Shown here piece after piece: positions 1-8,797 of a stretch of DNA of 59,078 bases (position 1 is its first letter; each line of letters opens with the position of its first letter). Below the pieces are notes generated by a model that had not been told where the DNA came from, searched no databases, and worked only from the letters and a program-made list of their open reading frames with translations. A program made the translations under genes and the position numbers. This DNA comes from Macrostomum lignano (Eukaryota): the NCBI GenBank assembly GCA_002269645.1, contig NIVC01002682.1, positions 1-59,078 of the forward strand. Direction: 5' to 3'.

Positions 1-3000
1 TTTTGTATCAGAGCTGATGGTGGTCCAGTCTGTCAAGAAGTTAATCTGGGAGTCCAGCAACTCGAGCTGAATCAAGCGCGACTGCTAGTAAGAAAAGTTG
101 ATAGGTTGATTTTTGAAGACACGACTGTAGAATGTCCGTATGGCGTTGTGCTTGAGGATTCCTTAGTGGGCAGCTACGATGAAGTAAGCACTGCTGAAGT
201 GAGAATCTGTGCTCAGGAACTCATAGCAAAATCAGCCTTCGAAATGCGAAACATCAATGCTGTAGAGATTCATGCAGATAAATCCGCTTCACTTGGACCT
301 GGAAGCAAAATCACATTCTGCAAGACCTTACGCCTGATAAGTAAATTTATTGATAATCTGGCTTCTATACAAGACACGGGATCCATTGCTTGCGAAGCGG
401 AAAATGCTCTTGTCGTTGGAAGCTTAAAATGTCGTTCGAAGCTCTCCATCTCAGCATCAAAGCTTATTTACAACCAAAGTCAGCTGAGTGCAGAAGATGT
501 CATACTTAACGGAAAAGTGCTAATGCACTTGTGTAAACGCGACGATGGCGATGATGCAAGCAAATTCACACCAGCAAACGTTCAGGCCAAAAATTCGCTA
601 AAAATGAAAAGCTGTGCCCTCATCACGATATTTTCAAAGCTGTGTAGCCCAACGATATCCACCAGAAGCATATTGCACTTTGGCTTTGCCGAACAAATTT
701 GCACAGATATCGAATCGGGGTCTGACGAGCTGAAGGCTTCAATCAAAGATTTAGAAAAGGTACTGCAGCCAGATTCAAGCAATCAGATGTGTGACGCACT
801 GAAAATCATGGTGCTAGACGCTGCACAGGCTTTCAGAGAAAATCATAATCGGTGTGCCCAGGTTGTTTCGGCTGCATCTAAAATGGTACTTCAGACGGTG
901 ACAGAGACTTCTGGTCTGCAGAGAAATTCCTCAGTTGCTAGTCTGCTTGCAGGCTTTACTGCTTCCATCAAGGAAGGGTTTTCTGAAACAGAAGAAGACT
1001 TATCGGATTACTGGAAGAAGCTTTACAAGTGCGATTGGACGCCGCTGAAATCAAACGGACTGTTCGAACGAAGTCGGTGGTTGTGCCTGATCGGACCTAC
1101 TCGAATTGAGGCCCAGAAAGTCATGTATGATTGTGAAAGCTGGCGGTCTGATGGCTCCATGGCGGTGAAGGATGGAGCCCTCATCAAATCCGTCTGTGCC
1201 CAGCTTTGGTCCGATCAGCCAACAACATGGCTTGTGTGCACTGGGGATGTGCACATTTTTGCGGAGAAACTCTTGAAGACTCGAAGCTTGACATCTGAAG
1301 AAGCCTCTGTAACTCTAAGAAGTGCTCAAATTGAAGCGTACGGAATCTGGTCAGCACGGAATTTGCTGATGGCCGCGGAGGAAAGCCTCGGCATTGACGA
1401 GATCCTTGGTGAGACGGAGGTTTGGATCACCGCTAAGAATGCTCGAGTGGGCAATTTAGCATCTGAGAGACTTTGTTTACTGTCTGAATCAGCGAGTATC
1501 GTGAATAGTACAAGCACAGAGATTTTGGAGGCAATTATTTCCAATGAACTCGATGCAAAGCTTGTATTTGCGCCTAAAACCTATCTAATAGCATCTGATA
1601 GCTTTGTCAGCATTAAGCTAGATTCATCGAAGTTAGAAAACTGCACAATATTGAGCGACTCCTGCCAGATTCTAAAGTGCTCGTTTACTAACCTAAATTG
1701 CAACGTCACTGATGAGTTGCTGGTAAGAACATCGCACGTGTTTGAAAAGTTCTTGGCAAAAACTAAGCGACACTTTAGCATCGGTGAGTTTTGTTTCCTT
1801 AAAGACTTGCACTGTACCGCAGAAGAGAAAATCAGCATTCAGCAGGTAGAAGCACAGCACCTGACTGTTTCGTGCTCCGACCTTCAAATTGACGACTTAT
1901 TAGCTGCTGCACTTAAAATTGTCAAAGCTGAAAATATTACAATAACTGACTCGAGCGTCACCGATTTAGAAGTTCGCTCTAGTAACATGACGAAGATTGC
2001 AGGTAGCTCAACAAAGACCTGTCTAGGAACAGCAACCTGCACGAGCAATAACTTCGAAATTGCAAATGTTTATGTCACTGAAACTTTGGTGTTATGCAGC
2101 TTCAAAGCAAAAGTAAGTGAAACTATGCTCTCCAAACTTTGGTTCATATGCCCTAAAGAAGGAGAATTATCCATTGAGCAATCGATGAGTGACGAATTCG
2201 TCGCTTTCTGCTCAGATTTGACGTCAAAACAAAACAAATTCACTAGACTGGCATTCCAGGGAAAGCAGTTAAAATTTTTCGAGACAGAGACAGAGAAAAT
2301 GCATGTAGATGCTTACAGTGGTTTTCTTCTGTCCAAATCTAGCGTCTTTGGCGACCTCGTAGCCTGGTCAGAAACTGCGCACGCGTTTGCCAGCTTACTG
2401 GGCTCGATGAAACTTCGTGGCTGTTCAGTGGGAGCTACAGTAAGAATGTGTGAAGTCCAGAAGGACATTGAAATCTCCTGCCGAATGCTGAGAATGTCCG
2501 ACTCAAGCGGCAAGTCCCTGAAGATCTTGTCAAGAGGAAACACAATCTTAGAGAGGCTGATGATTGATGAAGGCTGTGATGTTGCCAGTTTGGGTCATGT
2601 TACTGTGAGCGATTGTCAGCTGGACCATTTCAAACTACTGGCTGATTCGTCTGTGAATGTCGAAAGGCTCATTACAAATAAGAGCACAGTCGTCATCGCC
2701 AAGGGTCATACAACACTGAAACAACTCCTAGTCGGAAGTCTCCATGTGGATATAGGAAATTCTTATCTCAACATTCATGATCTCAACTCGGTAGGTCTGA
2801 GTTGGCTGAACTCGGGTAGACTGTGCATTTCCGACTGTCAATCTCAGTCGGATATGAAACTGACTGTCTCGATAGCAGCTCGAGTTGCGCAATGTTTTTC
2901 ACGCACTCTAGAAGTCACGGGTACGACAAATGGAATCGTGGGAGTCCGGCTGCTCGCAGTAAAATCGGAAGAGATAAACATTACTGATGCACTTTTCGCC

Positions 3001-6000
3001 TCAGTATCGACAACAGAAATCGTTAACAGTGTCGTCTTCAAAAGAATTTCGGGTGATGTACGAATCAAGTCAAACTGCAGTCTGCACAATCTGACAGTAC
3101 AAAGTAACGGCATTCTGGCAATCAGTGACTCAGAAATTGGTCAGGTAACAGCCGTGTGCAGGCGTTGCTGCATTACAAGCACTTTTGGACTGCAGACAAG
3201 TCTCTTCATTCACGCCAAAGAAACCATGGCCGCACCAGCAGTGCTGTTGAATCTCGTATCGAGAATCGACTCTGTCGAACTCGCTGGCAAGAACATCGCC
3301 TTGACGGAATGCGTCTTCAAAAACGGTACCATTCAAGCGGATGCTCAGTTCACAATGACTGGCTGCAACATTCGGGATACAGCCTGCATCCAGAGCGCCG
3401 AAGTCCGCGTTGCAGACACTGATGCTACCAGAATTCAAGTCAGCGCCTCAAACATTTGCGAGATCAAAAGTTTGCGATATGCAGAGGTCCAACTTAAGAC
3501 AAAAAAACTCCAACTTCAAGGCTGTTGTGTTCAAAAGGTTGAAGCGAAAGTTGAAACTACTGCGCAGGTGACCGCGTGTGAATTCATTGAAAGCCTTCTA
3601 CTAAAAGCAGATGTTACAATGGTTTGTGGTGTTTTGGTGCAGGATCGAATGCAGGTACAGACAAGGGTGCTTGATCTAGACGGTAGAAATTCCAAACAAG
3701 AAAGCGAAGGATTCACAAAAGAATTGCTTGTGATGTCTGGCCCTGAAACATGCGCTGAAGGAACAGCTGTGAACATAAAAAACATCAGGACAATGCAGCT
3801 TCAAGTGAATTCGAGACCCAAGACGGTTGTGTTGAGTCACGTGACGATTGAGAATACAGCTCTTTTGACCGGTAATGATATAAAACTAGAAAATGTTGAG
3901 ACTTCGATGCTGATTTTGAGCGCTGAGCCGACACAATGTAAGATAAGCTCAGGATTTATTGATTCGCTAAAGGGCTCAGTGGAAAATATGTCAATTTTGA
4001 CTTCATCACTAAAGCACACGGAACTGTCATGCGACTCTTTTGTCTTAGCTGGTGAAACAGACATTCAGCAAGAGCTTGTATTGAAAGTGAACAAGCTGGA
4101 AATTAAAACTGCCAAAGTTGGATCAGCCTGGATTTGCCCCAAAGGATCCAAAGCTTCGGCCACTGCAACGATTGAAGGATTTTCAACAGAGTTGACTTTT
4201 AAAATCGACGAATTCAACAAAATTTCAATTAGCGAGTGCTGTGGATTCAAAGGAGAAGTGACGTTGAAATGTCACACATTTGACGCAATGAAACTTTGCA
4301 GGTTCGATCAAAATGTGAGCATCGACTGTGAGCGCTGTGAAATGGAAAACCCGGAGTTCTCTGCATCCCTAACACTGCGCAGTCATGATGGTTTTATCCA
4401 CGGGGCCAGAGTGAGCAACAGGTGCAGTCTGTTTGTGTCCGGATCACTGAGTCTATCGGACTGCCAACTTAACGGTGCAGTGAAGTCATTTGGCAAGCAG
4501 GGGTTGCTCAAATTAGAGAATTCCAAATGCAGAAGCTTCCACCTAGAGGGCAGCGAAGTGGAAATAAATGGTGCAGACACGAGTGAAAGATCTTGGATCA
4601 GTGCTGCCAGCAAAGTGCATATTCGCAAGTGCCTGATTAGCGATGAAGTGGCAGTATCAGCAAGAGTTGTCAGTATTGATGGAGAGATCTCATTTATTAA
4701 GTCACTTCGTATTGACTGCGCTAGCGAGCTGCACATCGGGAGCCTAAAAGTGGATTCCAGCCTGCAGGTCACTTCATCGGGCAGAATTCGGGTGAACAGT
4801 GGAATCACCGCAGCTTCTTTTCTTATTCGCTCAGAATCAGAACTGCCAGATTTTGGAGCTGCAAAAGACTGCCAGTTTGACGAACTTCAAATTGACTGCC
4901 CAAGTTTTGACAAGGAGAATTTGGTCCGATTCATCAATGCAAAAACTTTCGAGTGTGTCAGGAATGTATTGAAAATAAAAACTAGAAAGCCAATCAAACT
5001 TTCTGGCAATGAGTTCCGAGAAAGGGAACTTGCTCTGAAATTCGGCATAACACTTGCCGCTCCGTCCATCAGCTTCAGAAATATTTGCGTTGCGTCCTTA
5101 AAGCAGATCTGCCTCATAGCCGAGTCAGGTGGAATCGATCTGCAGGAATATACAATACAAGCTAAGCAGATCACACTGGATGAGAAAACACAGGGTATGC
5201 GAAACAATGGCAGATATACTGAGCACCTTGGCTTCGAAGGTTCCATCACAACAAAGGCTACATCTCCGTTTGCAAGCATTTCCAGTGCTTACACACGTCA
5301 CAACGAAGCTTTCAGTTTGTCTTCTCCGACTCAAATGAATCCTAAGACTACTCAAGCTTCACTAGCTAAAGAACTTGAAGAGCGCCTCCTCACTCCTTGG
5401 GAGTTGAACGCATTGACTAATGTTGAGGAGAGAATCAGCAATGATCCTAGATTCTCAGAAACAGCTGTCGAATTCCATGAGACACCGGAGCCGATCAGTT
5501 CACTGACAGAGGCAGCCAAAAGCCCCACTGAGGCACCACAGCCGATCAGTTCACTGACAGAGGCAGCCAAAAGCCCCACTGAGGCACCACAGCCGTTCAG
5601 TTCACTGACAGAGGCAGCCAAAAGCCTCACTGAGGCACCGGAGCCTTCAAGTTCAATCGACTTCAGCTCAGACGCAGCCACTGCCTGTAAGTTTCTGCCT
5701 GTAAGCGCAAAAGAATCAGATCAAGAATGGTGGCAATTCGATTCCGAGTGTCGCTCAATCAAAGCGGAAATTCAGGCCAAACTGGAAGCAGTGCCAAGCC
5801 AGATCAACTGCGACTTTGAAGTTCCAGACTATAAAAATACCGAACAACAGCTAAAACTGCTGGTGGATAAGGCCACGACGGATTTCAATAGAGAGTTCGA
5901 GGCACCTCAAAGAACTTTGGATGGACACCAGAGCTGGCGAGACTTCGATAATTCCTGCTCAGTGTGCACTCGGAGTGATCCAGAAGACTTCCATGAAGCC

Positions 6001-6333
6001 AGAAAAGCTATGCAGTCCTGCATCACTGATTGTAGAGACATTCTACCAGTGAGCATTCGCGAGAAATTGCCGGACCAACTGCCTCAAGAGCCGGAGAGCT
6101 ACATCAACCGAGTCCATCCTCTGATTCGCGTCTCCCAGTTTCGGGTGACTATCGGGCCCTCCCGTGTGACCGAAATCGACGGTAAAATCGAGCTGGCCAA
6201 TTTCTGCAGCGCCGGTACGACACCGCGACCCGCCTTTCTTCGGCCTGTGGACCGGCAGCCGGAATATAAGGCGAAGGAGTTCAACATCAGAGTGCCCGAC
6301 TACTACAGCCACCACTATTGGGATCTCAAGTAG
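1..6333 (+). CDS. Giant intronless uncharacterised protein (>2100 aa, 5'-truncated by the window); predicted beta-solenoid/beta-helix with Pro/Ser/Thr linker and C-terminal domain
   Basis: Frame +1 is open from base 1 (TTT TGT ATC...) to TAG at 6331-6333. The track start at 106 is a TTG, so the true start lies upstream of the window. Long runs of alternating hydrophobic/polar short strands rich in S, C, I, L, V, N. ORF is certain; the fold is inferred. Confidence 0.75.
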   Translation, partial: FCIRADGGPVCQEVNLGVQQLELNQARLLVRKVDRLIFEDTTVECPYGVVLEDSLVGSYDEVSTAEVRICAQELIAKSAFEMRNINAVEIHADKSASLGPGSKITFCKTLRLISKFIDNLASIQDTGSIACEAENALVVGSLKCRSKLSISASKLIYNQSQLSAEDVILNGKVLMHLCKRDDGDDASKFTPANVQAKNSLKMKSCALITIFSKLCSPTISTRSILHFGFAEQICTDIESGSDELKASIKDLEKVLQPDSSNQMCDALKIMVLDAAQAFRENHNRCAQVVSAASKMVLQTVTETSGLQRNSSVASLLAGFTASIKEGFSETEEDLSDYWKKLYKCDWTPLKSNGLFERSRWLCLIGPTRIEAQKVMYDCESWRSDGSMAVKDGALIKSVCAQLWSDQPTTWLVCTGDVHIFAEKLLKTRSLTSEEASVTLRSAQIEAYGIWSARNLLMAAEESLGIDEILGETEVWITAKNARVGNLASERLCLLSESASIVNSTSTEILEAIISNELDAKLVFAPKTYLIASDSFVSIKLDSSKLENCTILSDSCQILKCSFTNLNCNVTDELLVRTSHVFEKFLAKTKRHFSIGEFCFLKDLHCTAEEKISIQQVEAQHLTVSCSDLQIDDLLAAALKIVKAENITITDSSVTDLEVRSSNMTKIAGSSTKTCLGTATCTSNNFEIANVYVTETLVLCSFKAKVSETMLSKLWFICPKEGELSIEQSMSDEFVAFCSDLTSKQNKFTRLAFQGKQLKFFETETEKMHVDAYSGFLLSKSSVFGDLVAWSETAHAFASLLGSMKLRGCSVGATVRMCEVQKDIEISCRMLRMSDSSGKSLKILSRGNTILERLMIDEGCDVASLGHVTVSDCQLDHFKLLADSSVNVERLITNKSTVVIAKGHTTLKQLLVGSLHVDIGNSYLNIHDLNSVGLSWLNSGRLCISDCQSQSDMKLTVSIAARVAQCFSRTLEVTGTTNGIVGVRLLAVKSEEINITDALFASVSTTEIVNSVVFKRISGDVRIKSNCSLHNLTVQSNGILAISDSEIGQVTAVCRRCCITSTFGLQTSLFIHAKETMAAPAVLLNLVSRIDSVELAGKNIALTECVFKNGTIQADAQFTMTGCNIRDTACIQSAEVRVADTDATRIQVSASNICEIKSLRYAEVQLKTKKLQLQGCCVQKVEAKVETTAQVTACEFIESLLLKADVTMVCGVLVQDRMQVQTRVLDLDGRNSKQESEGFTKELLVMSGPETCAEGTAVNIKNIRTMQLQVNSRPKTVVLSHVTIENTALLTGNDIKLENVETSMLILSAEPTQCKISSGFIDSLKGSVENMSILTSSLKHTELSCDSFVLAGETDIQQELVLKVNKLEIKTAKVGSAWICPKGSKASATATIEGFSTELTFKIDEFNKISISECCGFKGEVTLKCHTFDAMKLCRFDQNVSIDCERCEMENPEFSASLTLRSHDGFIHGARVSNRCSLFVSGSLSLSDCQLNGAVKSFGKQGLLKLENSKCRSFHLEGSEVEINGADTSERSWISAASKVHIRKCLISDEVAVSARVVSIDGEISFIKSLRIDCASELHIGSLKVDSSLQVTSSGRIRVNSGITAASFLIRSESELPDFGAAKDCQFDELQIDCPSFDKENLVRFINAKTFECVRNVLKIKTRKPIKLSGNEFRERELALKFGITLAAPSISFRNICVASLKQICLIAESGGIDLQEYTIQAKQITLDEKTQGMRNNGRYTEHLGFEGSITTKATSPFASISSAYTRHNEAFSLSSPTQMNPKTTQASLAKELEERLLTPWELNALTNVEERISNDPRFSETAVEFHETPEPISSLTEAAKSPTEAPQPISSLTEAAKSPTEAPQPFSSLTEAAKSLTEAPEPSSSIDFSSDAATACKFLPVSAKESDQEWWQFDSECRSIKAEIQAKLEAVPSQINCDFEVPDYKNTEQQLKLLVDKATTDFNREFEAPQRTLDGHQSWRDFDNSCSVCTRSDPEDFHEARKAMQSCITDCRDILPVSIREKLPDQLPQEPESYINRVHPLIRVSQFRVTIGPSRVTEIDGKIELANFCSAGTTPRPAFLRPVDRQPEYKAKEFNIRVPDYYSHHYWDLK
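5482..5645 (+). repeat. Coding tandem repeat, 51 bp x3 (17-aa PISSLTEAAKSPTEAPQ)
   Basis: Units start at 5491, 5542 and 5593, nearly identical. Confidence 0.95.
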
Positions 6334-8111
6334 CTTAGTTGATCTTAATTCAATTATACATATAGCCATGGCAGAGAACCACCGTAATCCTGCCACTGAG
6401 AATTAGCTATACAGTGTAGCTGGTAACTTATCAATGAAGCCCGATCGTTTTCAATAATGTTTTCCCTAACCGTTGTTATATGATTTCAATCCCTGTACAC
6501 GAAAAGCATACACGTACTTGAAAATTCAAATGCGATAGCAAACTTTTTTTTATTTCCCCTAATTTTATATGTAGGCTTTTTAGGAGTAGATTTTTAAAGT
6601 ATCTCATTTATTAAACTCAATTGTTTGCCTGAATTAAACATTTACGCAAAACTTTAATCGCTTAAACGACCCATTCACACCACCATCAGATTCAGCCAAT
6701 TTTATTGAGGGGGTTTCACATCTCCGAAAACCATCCATCATGCAGCTTCTCTCACAACTCTGTATCTCCATCAACGGTTAGGGTTAGGGTAGGGTTAAGA
6801 AATTGTCGGAACTATGAGAGGTGCTGTCGACATTTTTAGAGGTATGAATTGCACCCCTTTTAGTGATTACACAACTTGCACCTCACTTTTCATTGGGTTT
6901 CTATTTTTTGCGTCGGTTTCATGGCTTACTATTCGATGGCGGTGTGTGAACGAGCCTTCAAACTTGCTTGTTTGTCACTACTATTTCGCTTTAATTTTAT
7001 TAATATGTTGGAGCCTTAAATTATGCAAGCTGAGCTAATTATAGTACTTGAACCCAAGCAGCCTTAAGCAAATACAAAATGATCGGCACTTTTAAACTTT
7101 TTTTAGGATGTACACGTGGCCCAATATCACTTAGGTGTATTATTTGCCTGTCAACTTTTTCAAGACAAATACACTGTACGCTCGTACGACCTATGCACTG
7201 CATTAGCTACTAGCTATGAATATAGCGTACTTTGAGCTAACTAGTGAATTCGCACTTTCATTAGGAAATTGAAATAAAAATAGCTAGTAATTACACTGCT
7301 AAACCGCTCTTACATGTAAAATACGAGCGTACAATATGGCTACCGCTTGTACATGTAAATGGTTTAACTCTTGCACTAACGTTACTGCATAGTATAAAAC
7401 GGTATCTAATGTTTTTTTTTTATTTCTGATAAAAATGCTTCAATGTGTCGAGTGCTACTCGGCGTACAGTAGTACAGCTGAATGATAGAAGTAAGCAATG
7501 TTGATATCTTAGCCGTTTGACGGCTTTACGAGCAACAACGGAGCTTTGTCTGGGTTAGTGCAAGCATTCTGTTAGGGATGCGTTTGGTTTAAGGCTCGAA
7601 TTTCTGGATTCAAAAATACATTGTTGCGTTAATTTGCGTTTATTTTCAAAATAGTGCAGTTCTACTAATATAGCCTTGGACTAATATACATGTAGTTCAG
7701 CAATGGTAACAATTGATTCAGAAAAAAATTAGTTGGCTCAAAGGCTTCATTAATGGTGGCGTGAGCGAACCGAAAGGGACTTATAGTTATATAATTGTAC
7801 GCATATTTGTACTGGATTGCATCTGGAATGAAGATTTGCTCGCTCATCAAAATAGTTACTCTGGTTAAATACAGTTGCAGTAAAAACCACTTTTCAGAAA
7901 GTTGACGATGCTACACTGAAAGCGTGCGCTTTGTGCTCAAATTTATTTCAAATTGATTAATTGTGGAAGCTTGTGAAACTAAACAATGCTGGTTTTCGCA
8001 CTGTCCAGAGACTATTAATGCATTGTAACACTACATTAAGTTGAGAGCAAGACTAATATTATGTAACATTGTAGAGGGAAAAGCAACAATTCTGCGGATC
8101 CCAAGCAGAAT

Positions 8112-8188
8112 AAAAAAGCAGATAGAATCAGCTCATCGAGCACTGCAAAATTGTCAGTTTTACTCGATGGCGTCATGAGCGCTTTTTT
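8112..8188 (-). promoter_or_regulatory. Type II SECIS element in the SELENOF 3' UTR
   Basis: Minus strand reads AAAAAAGC-GCUC-AUGAC-GCCAUCGAGU-AAA-ACUG(ACAAUUUUG)CAGU-GCUCGAUGAGC-UGAU-UCUAUCU-GCUUUUUU: helix I, AUGA/UGA kink-turn core, 10-bp helix II with one bulge, unpaired AAA and an apical mini-stem. It lies about 430-510 nt downstream of the stop. Confidence 0.88.
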
Positions 8189-8621
8189 AGCTGTGGGATA
8201 ACGACAACACATAGCTATATTTAATATCAAACCGACTAATTGCAGACCATTAAAGTTCATTTTGCTACGCATTTTCGCTTTTGCTACAGAGCAAAGCGAA
8301 TCGACAAAAGCAATTTGATCATTCACTTGCCCCTTCCCCAGCTTCATTTTTAATAATAAAGTAGTATGATATTTTGGTAACGCAGGTATCCCTTAGACTC
8401 GAAGCATCAAATGTAAACCGATTGTCTGTTGAAACTAGTTAAGACCATGAAATGCTTTTTTAAGTCAGTTCAGCTAACTGCTATCAATGCAGTTATCAAT
8501 TTTTATGCATAATTTAGCCCATTATTGCTATAATTTCATTTTATCAATTGCAATGTTTTACTTAGCACCCCATGGCCTTGTTATAGTAACCAACTCAAGG
8601 AACTGAACTCTACACCAGTCG

Positions 8622-8797
8622 CTACCGGAGGAACTCCTCCAGAGTGTCAGTGTCCCATCGATCGATGCCGAACTCCTCACCGGTGCCAGCAGACCTGGCA
8701 GCCTCGTCCTGCATCAGCCGGATGACCGGCTCAGCGCCCCGCTTGTACTTGATGCTCAAGCCCGGGAACTGAGACGGTCGGTTCGACTTAATGAATG
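8622..8797 (-). CDS. SELENOF: SELENOF last coding exon
   Basis: ttgcag| then (A)FIKSNRPSQFPGLSIKYKRGAEPVIRL...WDTDTLEEFLR*, a Sep15/SelM thioredoxin-like C-terminus. Confidence 0.9.

Noticed and set aside
1-6333. Bacterial contamination as the source of the giant ORF
   Set aside because: It is contiguous with clearly spliceosomal genes and shows no operon or RBS context. A misassembly cannot be excluded without reads.
582-6396. Numerous antisense and alternative-frame ORFs over the giant ORF (likewise over USP, PPP2R3, BTB-Kelch and SYT1)
   Set aside because: Expected shadows of long coding regions; no independent motifs.
6776-6797. ggttagggttagggtagggtt telomere-like repeat
   Set aside because: Only about 3 imperfect units in an internal position; too short to call an interstitial telomere.
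8036-8347. 103-aa minus-strand ORF
   Set aside because: It lies in the SELENOF 3' UTR over the SECIS and has no recognisable motif.
8495-8539. Alternative SECIS candidate (AUGAA...UGAU)
   Set aside because: Helix II needs several mismatches and bulges; the 8112-8188 element is far more canonical.
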